DNA of 64,000 bases from Clostridia bacterium (GCA_045658005.1 JAZOUD010000143.1:1130-65129); one strand, 5' to 3'; counted from the stretch's first letter, positions 1 through 9,777 are shown. Program-made: numbers and translations. The notes: generated from the letters alone by a model not told the origin.

Positions 1-1424
1 GCGCGGAGGCGCTGGTGCCCGGCGCGGGGCGGGACGCCATCGAGCCGCTGCTGGCGGACGCCGGCTTGTTCGTCAGCGAGGTGGACGTCCAGGCGGACCG
101 GGTGGTGCTGGAGGGCAGCGTCGCCTGCCAGGCCGTCTACCGGCAGGGCGAGGAGAGCGCGCTGCGGGCGCTGACGGCCCAGGCTGCGCTGAACCACGTG
201 CTGGACATGCCGGGCGTCCAGCCGGGCATGCTCTGCCGCGCCAGGGGCGAGGTCAACCACGTGGACGCCCGCTATGAAAACGGGCACATGGTGTTCCAGG
301 TGACCTGTGACCTGAACGTACAGGTGCTCAGCCTGTCGCCGGTAGAGGTCATCAGCGCCGTGGAGGGCGCGCAGGGCCTGCAAACTGTATTCAAACCGAT
401 TCGCTCGGTCAAGCTGGCCGCCGAAGCCAGCGAAATGGCGCTGCTGAAGGACGCGGTGACGCTGCCCACCGCCCTGGACGCCCGCACGGCGCTGATGGAC
501 TGGGCCGCAGTGGAGATCGAGGACGTGTCTGCAGACCTGGGCGGCGTGCGGGTGAAGGGCCGGGCGATGGTGGAGACGCTGGTGGCCAGCGGCGTGGCGG
601 GAAGGCCGGGGGTCGTGGTGCGCTACCCGCTGGCGCTGGACCAGCTGGTGGAGCTGCCGGAGTGGCTGGCGGGGGACGTGTCCGCCGAGGTGGACGTGCG
701 CAGCATCCGCAGCCGTGTGGACGCCGCGGAGGGGGACGGGGACATGCTTTTGACCTGTGAGATCGAGGCGCGGGTGCGGGTGCTGGCCAACGCCACGGAC
801 GAGGTGGAGGCCCTTGCGGACGTCTACGCGACCCAGGGCATGAGCGTCGATGCCGAGGACGAGGACGTGCATTTTTGCCGCGCGGTGGATCGCGCGAGGG
901 TGTGCGAGCTGGTGCGGGGCACGGTGCTGATCGGGGAAAACGCCCCCGGCGTCGGCACGGTCATCGCCACCCAGGTGCATCCCTCCATCGGCGAGTGGCG
1001 CAATGAAAACGGCCAGGGCAGGATCGAGGGCGTGGCCGAGACCCGGGTGCTTTACATGCCGGGCGGGTCGGAGCTCCCGGCCTCCGCCGAGGCGGAGCTG
1101 CCCTTCAGCCTGACCGTGCCCCAGATGCTGAACGACGAATCGATGATCGAGATGCAGGTGCTCTCCGCCGAGGCCAACGCGCTGATGAGCGACCGGCTGG
1201 AGATGAAGCTGCAGCTCTCCGTCACCTGCCAGACCCGTCAGCGCGCCGAGGTTGAGATCGTGACGGCGCTGACCGAAGGCGCGCCCGTGCAGCGCCGTCC
1301 CGGCATCGTGGTCAGCTGGCCGCTGCCCGGAGAGACCGCCTGGGACATCGGCAAGCGCTACGGCATCCCCGCCGGGGGCGTGGGCGAGGTCGAAGCGGGC
1401 AAGGCGGTGGTGCTGAAGGTGTGA
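1..1424 (+). CDS. SPOCS/DUF3794-repeat protein with a short LysM-like C-terminal tail (SafA-like spore-coat assembly family). The 5' end is probably outside the window.
   Basis: ORF 15..1424 has repeated ...VDV..D.V.L.G.. modules and the tail WDIGKRYGIP. The frame stays open back to base 3, so the GTG at 15 may not be the start. Confidence 0.6.
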   Translation, partial: AEALVPGAGRDAIEPLLADAGLFVSEVDVQADRVVLEGSVACQAVYRQGEESALRALTAQAALNHVLDMPGVQPGMLCRARGEVNHVDARYENGHMVFQVTCDLNVQVLSLSPVEVISAVEGAQGLQTVFKPIRSVKLAAEASEMALLKDAVTLPTALDARTALMDWAAVEIEDVSADLGGVRVKGRAMVETLVASGVAGRPGVVVRYPLALDQLVELPEWLAGDVSAEVDVRSIRSRVDAAEGDGDMLLTCEIEARVRVLANATDEVEALADVYATQGMSVDAEDEDVHFCRAVDRARVCELVRGTVLIGENAPGVGTVIATQVHPSIGEWRNENGQGRIEGVAETRVLYMPGGSELPASAEAELPFSLTVPQMLNDESMIEMQVLSAEANALMSDRLEMKLQLSVTCQTRQRAEVEIVTALTEGAPVQRRPGIVVSWPLPGETAWDIGKRYGIPAGGVGEVEAGKAVVLKV

Positions 1425-1507
1425 GGCGACGGGCAAGACGCGGCATAATTATTTCAAATTGCGTTCGATTGCTTTTTTCCGGGATTGGTGTTATAATGTA
1501 CACATAT

Positions 1508-1521
1508 CGAACGTTTGTTCT
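1508..1521. promoter_or_regulatory. Candidate LexA (Cheo/SOS) box, CGAACGTTTGTTCT
   Basis: It matches the Firmicute consensus CGAAC-N4-GTTC(G/T). It lies just downstream of a TATAAT-like hexamer (about 1492) and about 105 nt upstream of the SSB-like CDS. Confidence 0.5.
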
Positions 1522-1626
1522 ATATGAGACATCAGGGGGCCGGAACGGTTTTTTTGCCCCGGCGCGGCATGACGGTCCGTTCACCGGCATATATTATGAG
1601 TAACACACAATAACCGGAGGGATACG

Positions 1627-2313
1627 ATGGAAAATCCAAACAACAGAATCATAGCCGTTGGGCGGCTGGACGGCGAACTGGAACTGAGCCACGAGGTGAT
1701 GAACGAGCCCTTCTATACCGGCACGCTGCTGGTAAAGCGCCTTTCCGGCGCGGTGGACCGCCTGCCGGTCACCATTCCGGGCAAGCTGATGGGGTTGCTG
1801 CCGGAAGAAAACAGCCAGCTGCTGGTAACCGGCCAGGTGCGCTCCTACAACAAGGTCGTCGACGGCGCCGGGCGGCTGATGGTGACGCTGTTCGTGCAGA
1901 GCCTGGCGCTGTCGCCGGACAACGACACGCTGAACCGGGTCGCGCTGACCGGGGCGCTGTGCAAGCCGCCGATCTATCGCTCCACGCCATTTGGCCGGGA
2001 GATCTGCGACATGATGCTGGCGGTGAACCGCGCCTTTGGCAAGAGCGACTACATTCCCTGTATCGCCTGGGGCCGAAACGCCCAGTACGCCTCCCGCTTC
2101 AGCGTGGGCGACCGGGTGCGCCTGACGGGGCGGCTGCAATCCAGGGAGTATCAAAAGCTGCTGGAGAACGGGGAATACCTGCTCAGGAACGCCTATGAGG
2201 TCTCCTGCTTTACGCTGGAGGCCGCCGAGGCCGAAGCCTCCGCACTGCCGGCTTGCGCGCCGCCGGAGGTTCGCTACGCCTTTGACGCCGGGACTCGAAA
2301 GCGCCTGAGTTGA
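1627..2313 (+). CDS. OB-fold single-stranded-DNA-binding-like protein with an Ala/Pro-rich C-terminal tail
   Basis: 228-aa ORF with RBS GGAGGG upstream. The motifs ...RLSG..D.LPV... and ...YRSTPFGREICDMMLAVNR...DYIPCIAWGRNA... are typical of clostridial SSB-like proteins. Confidence 0.6.
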   Translation: MENPNNRIIAVGRLDGELELSHEVMNEPFYTGTLLVKRLSGAVDRLPVTIPGKLMGLLPEENSQLLVTGQVRSYNKVVDGAGRLMVTLFVQSLALSPDNDTLNRVALTGALCKPPIYRSTPFGREICDMMLAVNRAFGKSDYIPCIAWGRNAQYASRFSVGDRVRLTGRLQSREYQKLLENGEYLLRNAYEVSCFTLEAAEAEASALPACAPPEVRYAFDAGTRKRLS

Positions 2314-2430
2314 CGCGACAGCATGACAGGACCCTTCGGGGTCCTGCTTTTTTACATGGCGGCGGTTGCCGCACAACGCGAGAGGCGGTACAATGGGGAA
2401 GAGCATCAATCCAAAGGGGGAAGCCTGAAA

Positions 2431-3891
2431 ATGTCCTGCACTACAATACTTGTCGGCAAAAACGCCTCAAACGACTGCTCCACGATGATCGCCCGGACCG
2501 ACGACGGGCACTTTGACGTGAAGAAGCTGATCGTCGTGAACCCGGAAAAGCAGCCGAGGAAATACAGGAGCGTCATTTCCCACGTGGAGATCGACCTGCC
2601 CGACGATCCCATGCGCTACACCGCCTGCCCCAGCGTCGATAAGAAGGATGGCATCTGGGCCGCCACGGGCATCAACGCCGCCAACGTGGGCATGACCGCC
2701 ACCGAGACAATCACCTCCAATCCCAGGGTGCTGGCCGCGGACCCACTGGTGAAGTACAAAGAAGCGAAGGGCAGGGAAAAGGCGGCGCCCGGCGGCATCG
2801 GCGAGGAGGACATCGTCGTGCTGGTGCTGCCCTATATCCACAGCGCCAGGGAGGGCGTGGAGCGCCTGGGCGCGCTGCTGGAGCGCTACGGCACCTACGA
2901 ATCCAACGGCATCGCCTTCAACGATAAGGATGAGATATGGTGGCTTGAGACCATCGGCGGGCACCACTGGATGGCCCGAAAGGTACCCGACGACGTCTGT
3001 GTGATCAACCCGAACCAGTTCGGCATGGACGCCTTCGACCTGGAGGACGCCTTCGGGCCGCGCAAGGCGCATCTGTGTTCCGCCGATCTGCGGGAATTCA
3101 TCGCGGAAAACCACCTCGACCTGAACCAGGGCGGCGCGTTCAATCCCAGGGACGTGTTCGGTTCCCACAACTACCGGGATCGCATCTACAACACGCCCCG
3201 GGCCTGGTACATGGGCCGGTGCCTGACGCCCTTTTCCCATCGTTGGGACGGGGAAAGCGCCGATTACATGCCGGAGAGCGACAACATCCCCTGGGCGCTG
3301 GTGCCCGACCGGAAGGTGACGGCGGAGGATGTGAAGACGATACTGTCCTCCCATTACCAGGGCACGCCCTACAATCCCTATTCCAGCCAGGATACCGGCA
3401 AGCGGGGCATGTACCGCTCCATCGGCATCAACCGCACCGGCGTCACCGCCATCTGCCAGATCAGAAACGGCGTCCCCGAGGCCGTCCGGGGCATCGAGTG
3501 GATCAGCTTCGGCTCCACCACCTTCGACGCGATGCTGCCGGTCTACGCCAATGTGGCGCGCATGCCCAAGTACCTGAGCGACGTGCGCCTGGACGTCTCC
3601 ACCGAAAACTTCTACTGGGGCAGCTGCCTGATCGGCGCGCTGGCGGACCACGACTACGGCGCCTGCATCCAGCACGTCGAGCGCTACCAGGACGCCGTGG
3701 CCACGGAGGGCCGCCGCCTGATCCTGGAATACGACCGGCGCATGACCCAGACCGGCGACTTCAGCCTTGCAGAAGAGGCCAACGCGGCGCTGGCGGACAT
3801 GGCGAAGGCGCAGACGATCGCCACGCTGAACAAGGTGCTGCTGGAATCGAGCCAGCGCATGAAGAACGGCTACGACCGGGCGGACAACTGA
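2431..3891 (+). CDS. C69-family dipeptidase (N-terminal Cys nucleophile)
   Basis: The internal start gives MSCTTILVGK..., the characteristic M-x-C-T N-terminus. RBS AAGGGGGA lies at 2414-2421. The ORF-track start at 2323 adds 36 unlikely residues. Confidence 0.85.
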   Translation: MSCTTILVGKNASNDCSTMIARTDDGHFDVKKLIVVNPEKQPRKYRSVISHVEIDLPDDPMRYTACPSVDKKDGIWAATGINAANVGMTATETITSNPRVLAADPLVKYKEAKGREKAAPGGIGEEDIVVLVLPYIHSAREGVERLGALLERYGTYESNGIAFNDKDEIWWLETIGGHHWMARKVPDDVCVINPNQFGMDAFDLEDAFGPRKAHLCSADLREFIAENHLDLNQGGAFNPRDVFGSHNYRDRIYNTPRAWYMGRCLTPFSHRWDGESADYMPESDNIPWALVPDRKVTAEDVKTILSSHYQGTPYNPYSSQDTGKRGMYRSIGINRTGVTAICQIRNGVPEAVRGIEWISFGSTTFDAMLPVYANVARMPKYLSDVRLDVSTENFYWGSCLIGALADHDYGACIQHVERYQDAVATEGRRLILEYDRRMTQTGDFSLAEEANAALADMAKAQTIATLNKVLLESSQRMKNGYDRADN

Positions 3892-3901
3892 TTGCGAAGA
3901 A

Positions 3902-3945
3902 GAGGGGACGGCAAGGCCAGCCGTCCCCTCCGGATTTCAATTTGT
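3902..3945 (+). terminator. Rho-independent terminator after the dipeptidase gene
   Basis: A GAGGGGACGG / CCGTCCCCTC stem (3902-3911 / 3921-3930) is followed by a T-rich tract. Confidence 0.65.
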
Positions 3946-3964
3946 AATTCAGAAAAGAATATGC

Positions 3965-3992
3965 TTGAAAAACGACAAAAATGTGATATACT
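3965..3992 (+). promoter_or_regulatory. Sigma-A-type promoter (TTGAAA, 16 nt, extended TGaTATACT)
   Basis: The -35 hexamer is at 3965-3970 and the -10 at 3987-3992, with a TG at 3984-3985. It lies upstream of the small membrane ORF and the pfkB-ktr genes. Confidence 0.5.
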
Positions 3993-4063
3993 GGTAGTGA
4001 GGCGCTCCATAACCGTGCGCGCGCCAATATCCGCACTGTCTTCAGGCGGCACAGGGGGCCCGC

Positions 4064-4267
4064 ATGACGCTGACGCAGAAAATCATATTGATCGCCCTGC
4101 TGGTGATTGGCGGGCTGGCCATGATCGTGGGCTTTACGCTGATGCACTACATCGGCGGCTTCCTGCGCACCGTGGAGGAGGAAAAGGCGCAGGAGGACGA
4201 GACCCCGCGCCAAAGCGATGGCGGTACGCCGCCGCACAGTGACGGCAAGACAAATACCAACATGTGA
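4064..4267 (+). CDS. Small membrane protein (one TM helix, acidic/Pro-rich tail)
   Basis: 67-aa ORF whose sequence IILIALLVIGGLAMIVGFTLM is a clear TM segment. It sits between the promoter and pfkB. No family was recognised. Confidence 0.45.
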   Translation: MTLTQKIILIALLVIGGLAMIVGFTLMHYIGGFLRTVEEEKAQEDETPRQSDGGTPPHSDGKTNTNM

Positions 4268-4281
4268 ATTAGGAGAAAACT

Positions 4282-5211
4282 ATGATTACAGCTGTTTCCC
4301 TGAATCCCAGCATTGATCGCACGCTGACGGTCGACAGGTTTACGCCCGGGGGGCTGAACCGGGTCGTGGACAAGCGGGACGTGGCGGCCGGAAAGGGCAT
4401 CAACGTGGCGCTGACCGTCTCCGAGCTGGGCCTGGATTCCGAGTGCATCGGCTTCATGTACAAGGACGGCGCTTCCCAGTTTGAAAAGCGACTGATGCTC
4501 AATTCCACGCCCTACGACTTCATATGGTGCGAGGGCAGCGTCCGAACGAACATCAAGGTGTTCAACCGCGCCGACAACACCATCACGGAGCTGAACGAAT
4601 CCGGCATGAGCGTGGCGGAGGACGACCTCAACAGGATGGTCGAGATGGTGGTCAGGCACGCCGAAAACAGCGACTACCTGATCCTGTCCGGGTCGCTGCC
4701 TCCGGGATGTCCCCAGGACTATTACCGCACGCTGATCCGCTCGGTGGACGGCCTGGGCTGCCGCTGCGTACTGGACGCCGACAGCGACCGGCTCAAGTAC
4801 GGGCTGGAGGCGAAGCCCTTCATGATCAAGCCCAATCGCTATGAGATGGAGACGATGATCGGCCGTCCCCTGGACGGCATCGCCGATATCCGGGAAGCCG
4901 CGCTGCGCTACATCGACATGGGCGTGCAAATCGTCGCCGTGTCCCTGGGCGCCGGCGGCGCGCTCATCACCGACGGGAGCCAGACCCTCTTCGCGCCGCG
5001 CATGAACATCGAGGTCAAGGGCACCGTGGGCGCCGGCGACGCGATGGTCGCCGGCCTGGTGGCAGGCTTCATGGCGGACTGGGAGCTTGAGCAGTGCTTC
5101 CGCATGGGCGTAGCCTGCGCCAGCACCCGCTGCATCACCGAGGGCTACAAGACCATCGACAAGACCGTCTACAGGGCATTTTTGGATATGGTAAAGGTCG
5201 AAAGGGTGTAA
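4282..5211 (+). CDS. PfkB-family sugar kinase, 1-phosphofructokinase-like
   Basis: The N-terminus is MITAVSLNPSIDRTLTV... and the C-terminal anion-hole motif is GAGDAMVAG. Length is 309 aa. Confidence 0.8.
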   Translation: MITAVSLNPSIDRTLTVDRFTPGGLNRVVDKRDVAAGKGINVALTVSELGLDSECIGFMYKDGASQFEKRLMLNSTPYDFIWCEGSVRTNIKVFNRADNTITELNESGMSVAEDDLNRMVEMVVRHAENSDYLILSGSLPPGCPQDYYRTLIRSVDGLGCRCVLDADSDRLKYGLEAKPFMIKPNRYEMETMIGRPLDGIADIREAALRYIDMGVQIVAVSLGAGGALITDGSQTLFAPRMNIEVKGTVGAGDAMVAGLVAGFMADWELEQCFRMGVACASTRCITEGYKTIDKTVYRAFLDMVKVERV

Positions 5212-5213
5212 CT

Positions 5214-6635
5214 ATGCTTCTGAAGTGGAAGAGCGCCCGGTCGATCGAACACAAAGAAAACCGACGTCGGTATACTACGGCCCTCGTGCGGCTGCTTTAC
5301 AGGCGCTCGGGCTTCAACGCCCTGCCCATGATCGCCATCGGCTTCCTGGGCGTAATACTGCTGGGCAGCCTGCTGTTGACGTTGCCCGTCGCCTCAGCCA
5401 CCGGCCGGAGGATCCCCTGGTTTGACGCGCTGTTCACCTCCACCTCCGCGGTCTGCGTGACCGGGCTGGTGGTGCGGGATACGGGAACGGCCTATTCCAC
5501 GTTCGGCCATGTGGTGCTGATGCTTCTGATCGAGATGGGCGGCCTCGGCTTCATGACCTTTGCCACGCTGCTGTTTCGCCTGATGGGGCGCGGCTTTACC
5601 ATGCGCGACCGCATGATCATGCGCGAATCGCTGAACCAGGACGACCTGGGCGGCGTGGTCAACCTGGTGCTGTGGGTGGCCCGCAGCACCTTCGCGGTAC
5701 AGTTTGTGGGCGCGGCGCTGTTCTCGATCCGGCTGATTCCGATCTATGGCGTCGCCAGGGGCCTGTTTTTTTCCGCCTTTCACGCGATATCCGCCTTCTG
5801 CAACGCCGGCTTCGACCTCTTTGGCGGCGGCAGGAGCCTGACCGGCTTTTCGGCAGACGCGCTGATGAACCTGACGGCGATCGCGCTGGTGGTGGTGGGC
5901 GGCATCGGCTTCGGCACGGTGCACGACATCATAGACAAGAAGTCCTTCAGGCGGCTTCGGCTGAACACAAAGCTGGTGCTGGTGAGCTATGGGGCGCTGC
6001 TGCTGGCGGGGTTTGTCATGGTGCTGGCCTTTGAATGGAGCAATCCCGATACGCTGGGCCCGCTGGACCCGGGCCAGAAGCTGCTCGCGGCGCTTTTCCA
6101 GTCGGTTACCCTGCGCACGGCGGGCTTCAATACCATCGACCAGGCGGCCCTGCGTGACAGCACCAAGCTGGTGGGGGGCCTGCTGATGCTCGTGGGCTGC
6201 GCGCCGGCCTCCACGGGCGGCGGCATCAAGGTGACGACCTTCGCCCTCATCGTGCTGACCGTGCGCATGGTGGCCCGGGGCGAGAACAGCATCGTGGTGT
6301 TCAGGCGCAGGATCGACCGCACGATGATCCAGCGGGCGGTGGCTATAGCGTTCATCGCCATGGCGGTGGCCTTTGTGGACATCTGCGCGCTGTCGCTGCT
6401 CCAGCCGGGGGCGGCCTTCCTGGATCTCTACTATGAATGCGTGTCCGCCGTGGGCACGGTGGGGATTTCCTCCATCGGAACGTCGAACCTGTGTCCGCTG
6501 GCGCGGCTGCTGATCATCGTTACGATGTACATAGGCCGCATTGGCCCATTGACCATGGCGCTGCTGTTTACAAAGCGGCAGACCCACGCCCGCGAGCTGG
6601 TGAAGTACCCGGAGGACCGGGTGATGCTCGGCTGA
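5214..6635 (+). CDS. ktrB: TrkH/KtrB-family K+ uptake membrane subunit
   Basis: The start was moved to the ATG at 5214 (MLLKWK...), 3 nt after the pfkB stop. The protein is polytopic and carries the repeated selectivity motifs TGG/GFN. Confidence 0.85.
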   Translation: MLLKWKSARSIEHKENRRRYTTALVRLLYRRSGFNALPMIAIGFLGVILLGSLLLTLPVASATGRRIPWFDALFTSTSAVCVTGLVVRDTGTAYSTFGHVVLMLLIEMGGLGFMTFATLLFRLMGRGFTMRDRMIMRESLNQDDLGGVVNLVLWVARSTFAVQFVGAALFSIRLIPIYGVARGLFFSAFHAISAFCNAGFDLFGGGRSLTGFSADALMNLTAIALVVVGGIGFGTVHDIIDKKSFRRLRLNTKLVLVSYGALLLAGFVMVLAFEWSNPDTLGPLDPGQKLLAALFQSVTLRTAGFNTIDQAALRDSTKLVGGLLMLVGCAPASTGGGIKVTTFALIVLTVRMVARGENSIVVFRRRIDRTMIQRAVAIAFIAMAVAFVDICALSLLQPGAAFLDLYYECVSAVGTVGISSIGTSNLCPLARLLIIVTMYIGRIGPLTMALLFTKRQTHARELVKYPEDRVMLG

Positions 6636-6672
6636 CGGAGCAAATCACCTTCTACCGGAGGAATGAATATCA

Positions 6673-7332
6673 ATGAGCAGGAATACCAAACAAAAGCAGT
6701 ATATCGTCGTCGGCCTGGGACGCTTTGGCCGGGCGATCGCCGAGACGCTTTGCCAGGACGGGGCAGAGGTGCTGGGCGTGGATTGCAAGATGGACATGGT
6801 GGAGCGCATGCGGGATGAGCTGACCCAGACCATCCAGATGGACGCCATGGACAGGGACGCCCTGGAGACGCTGGGCGTTCGGGACTTTGACATCGTATTT
6901 GTGACGATGGGCTCGGACATCCGCGCCAGCGGCACCATCGTGCTGCTGCTCAAGGAGCTGGGCGCGCGCCGCGTCATCGCCAAGGCTCACGACGAATTTC
7001 ACGGAAGAATGCTGGAAAAGCTGGGCGCGGACCAGGTTTTGTTTCCGGAGCGTGATATGGGGCGGCGCGTGGCGCATAGCCTTATATCGGGCAATGTCAT
7101 CGAGTTCATGGAGCTGTCCACCCAGTATTCCATGGCTGAGATACGCCCGAAGCCGGAGTGGATCGGCAGGACGCTGAAGGAGCTGGCCATGCGCAGCCGT
7201 ATGGATATCAATGTGGTGGCCATACGCAGCGGCGACGCGGTCAACGCCATGCCGCAGCCGGAGACCCGGATCAGCGAGGGCGACGTGATGCTGGTGGTCA
7301 TCAGCGAGAACGCATTGAAGCAGATGCGGTAG
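6673..7332 (+). CDS. ktrA: TrkA/KtrA-family RCK (NAD-binding) K+ uptake subunit
   Basis: Contains the Rossmann motif YIVVGLGRFGRAIA and is 219 aa long. It is adjacent to the TrkH-family gene. Confidence 0.85.
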   Translation: MSRNTKQKQYIVVGLGRFGRAIAETLCQDGAEVLGVDCKMDMVERMRDELTQTIQMDAMDRDALETLGVRDFDIVFVTMGSDIRASGTIVLLLKELGARRVIAKAHDEFHGRMLEKLGADQVLFPERDMGRRVAHSLISGNVIEFMELSTQYSMAEIRPKPEWIGRTLKELAMRSRMDINVVAIRSGDAVNAMPQPETRISEGDVMLVVISENALKQMR

Positions 7333-7398
7333 CGCGTTCGCGCTCGCCCGACGAAGAGGAGGTAAGGTTCCCTGAGCGGTATATGCGAGCGCGAAAGC

Positions 7399-8016
7399 GT
7401 GGGCTGCCTGTATGTCGACGGCAGCCTGTTCGACCGGCACGCGCCTGACGGCAGTGCCCTTGTATCCGACATTCCCGGCGTCGAGGTCTGTCCGTTTCGT
7501 TGCGCGAACCCCCGCGACCTCTGGGACAGGCTTCAGGGCGCGTTGCATGAGTTGCGCGTCGAATGGGGCATGGCCGCGGCGATCGCCGTCGGCACGGGCT
7601 GCGCCCCGGCGCTTGCGCTGGCCTGCCAGCTGCCGGTGGAGAAGCTGGTGCTGATCGACCCTGCCGCGCCTGACCGGCCCTCCCGGCCTTTGCGGGGGAG
7701 GGGGAATGCGGCCCCTGACGACGGGCGGCGCGTCCGGGCGCTGGGACGGCTGGCCGCCTTTGCCCGAAGGAACCTGCCGCTGTGCGTCAGCGATATGCTG
7801 GTCGTCGGCCACGGCGCCGGGGACGCGCTGCGGCGCGCCTATGGAAACCCGGTCAACTGCCGGCTCGATCGACTGGACGTGAAGGGCAAAAGCGATAAAG
7901 ATTTGTATATAATTCGTGAATTTGCGGTGAAAGCGGCCATATCGCGCTTTTTAAATCCCGCAGAATCGTCAAAACCGCTTGCGGAAAAACCGGAAATGTG
8001 TATAATATATGGGTGA
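7399..8016 (+). CDS. Hypothetical protein (weak alpha/beta-hydrolase-like pattern)
   Basis: 205-aa ORF with a GTG start and no convincing RBS. No catalytic motif was recognised. Confidence 0.35.
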   Translation: MGCLYVDGSLFDRHAPDGSALVSDIPGVEVCPFRCANPRDLWDRLQGALHELRVEWGMAAAIAVGTGCAPALALACQLPVEKLVLIDPAAPDRPSRPLRGRGNAAPDDGRRVRALGRLAAFARRNLPLCVSDMLVVGHGAGDALRRAYGNPVNCRLDRLDVKGKSDKDLYIIREFAVKAAISRFLNPAESSKPLAEKPEMCIIYG

Positions 8017-8063
8017 GTTTTTATTTTTGGGTGATACTGCCCTGGATTGAGAGGAAGATTGTT

Positions 8064-9488
8064 ATGAGACACGCGCTTGTGCGACTGACCGGCCTTCTGA
8101 TTGTATTGATGCTTGTGCTTACCGGCTGCAACCTGATCGGCGTGGACCCGATCATGAAGCTGGACGAGGACTTTGCCAAGCTGGCAAAGCGCTATTCCGG
8201 CGTGGTCGCCAGCTACGACGGCGGCGAAGTGACGCAGGCCGACGTGATGGCCAACCTCAGTACCATGTACAACAACTACAGCCAGATGTACAGCATGTTC
8301 GGTTACAGCGTGCCCGCCGACGTGATCACCACTGTGGAGAATTCCGTGGCGGAGCAGGCCGTCCAGAACGCGGCCATCGCCAAACAGATGGAGGCGCGCG
8401 GCCTGAAGCTGGAGGACGACAAGCTGGCGGAGCTCCAGGCGGAGGCCGATGAGCACTACACGACCTATTACGACAGCTTCTATGCCAACGTCACCGAAAA
8501 GAAGGAAGACGTGCACGCGAAGCAGACCGAATACAATATGGCCGTCAACGGCTTCACGAAGGAAGCGCTGTACGCCATCGAGGTGGCCGAGGCCAACCGG
8601 GCGCTGGTGGAGCAGAATGTGCGTGACGAGATCGCCGAGCTCACCGACGAGGAACTGCAGACCGCCTACGAGGCCAAGCTGAAGGAGGACGAGGACAAGT
8701 ATTCCGCTTCCGCAGGCAGCTTTGAGTCCGACATGTCCTCCGAGGACGAGGTCGTTACCTGGATCCCCGAGGGCTATCGCACGGTCAAGCACATCCTGGT
8801 CGTTCCGGAGGATGACGTGCTGAACGCCTACACGGATGCCCGCACGGCCTACGAGGATGCCCAGAGCGACCTCGACGACCTCAACGACGAGCTGGAGGAG
8901 CTGAGCCACGATCACGGCGACGAAGCCGACGAGGAAGCCGACGAGGAAGCCGAGCCCCAGCGCACCGCGGAGGAGATCCAGGCGGATATCGACGCGGCGA
9001 AGGCCAAGCTGGAGACCCTGAAGGCCGACATGGACAAGGCGGCGGAGGATTGCCTGGCCAACGTGAAGTCCAAGACCGATGAGATCTACGCCAAGCTGGA
9101 GTCCGGCGAGGATTTCGCCAAGCTGATCGAGGACTACGGCGAGGATCCCGGCATGCAGAACGAGCCCACCAAGACCACTGGCTACTATGTATCCGCCGAT
9201 TCCACCAACTGGGACAAGAACTTCACCGAAGGCGCGATGGCCCTGGAAAAGGTGGGTGACGTCACCCAGACCCCCGTCGTCGGCAGCAGCGGCGTGCACA
9301 TCATCCGCTACGAGACCGACGTCAAGTCCGGCCCGGTCGCCCTGGAGGAGATCCGCGACGCCCTGTACGAGAAGACCCTCGAAACGGCGAAGGACGAGCA
9401 CTTTACCAGCGAGCTCAACAGTTGGGTCGAGGCTCTGAATCCCCAGTACCACATCGAGGCCTTTAACCTCACCGGAGAGGATCAATAA
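8064..9488 (+). CDS. PrsA/SurA-like peptidyl-prolyl isomerase lipoprotein with an acidic insert
   Basis: The start at 8064 gives MRHALVRLTGLLIVLMLVLTGC, a signal peptide plus lipobox. Parvulin-type segments are GYRTVKHILV and SSGVHIIRYE. Confidence 0.75.
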   Translation: MRHALVRLTGLLIVLMLVLTGCNLIGVDPIMKLDEDFAKLAKRYSGVVASYDGGEVTQADVMANLSTMYNNYSQMYSMFGYSVPADVITTVENSVAEQAVQNAAIAKQMEARGLKLEDDKLAELQAEADEHYTTYYDSFYANVTEKKEDVHAKQTEYNMAVNGFTKEALYAIEVAEANRALVEQNVRDEIAELTDEELQTAYEAKLKEDEDKYSASAGSFESDMSSEDEVVTWIPEGYRTVKHILVVPEDDVLNAYTDARTAYEDAQSDLDDLNDELEELSHDHGDEADEEADEEAEPQRTAEEIQADIDAAKAKLETLKADMDKAAEDCLANVKSKTDEIYAKLESGEDFAKLIEDYGEDPGMQNEPTKTTGYYVSADSTNWDKNFTEGAMALEKVGDVTQTPVVGSSGVHIIRYETDVKSGPVALEEIRDALYEKTLETAKDEHFTSELNSWVEALNPQYHIEAFNLTGEDQ

Positions 9489-9495
9489 TGGAGCC

Positions 9496-9531
9496 CATAA
9501 ATAAAGCAGCCTTCGGGCTGCTTTATTTATG
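9496..9531. terminator. Bidirectional terminator hairpin between convergent genes
   Basis: A perfect 16-bp stem, CATAAATAAAGCAGCC-TTCG-GGCTGCTTTATTTATG, is flanked by A/T runs on both sides. Confidence 0.8.
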
Positions 9532-9539
9532 GAGTCTTC

Positions 9540-9737
9540 CTATTTTTCCTTGTAATACAGCATGCAGTGGCAGTAGCCTTCAAATTCAGAGTCGGCGATC
9601 TGGTTCCTGAACTCAAGGCACATGCACTTGTTTTCCGGCGTTCGCGCCAGGCGGCACGGACAGTATCCGCCGGTTTGCTTCAGGCCTTCCCGGATATGGC
9701 GAACGACCTCCTGGTCCTCGTTGAAACGAACCTTCAT
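9540..9737 (-). CDS. Minimal ferredoxin-thioredoxin-reductase catalytic-subunit-like protein
   Basis: The 65-aa sequence carries CPC...CMC...CHC cysteine pairs, arranged as in the FTR beta-subunit fold. Confidence 0.6.
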   Translation of the reverse strand: MKVRFNEDQEVVRHIREGLKQTGGYCPCRLARTPENKCMCLEFRNQIADSEFEGYCHCMLYYKEK

Positions 9738-9777
9738 GGTGTTTGACCTCCTTCATCATCTTCTATGCGGCGCGGCG

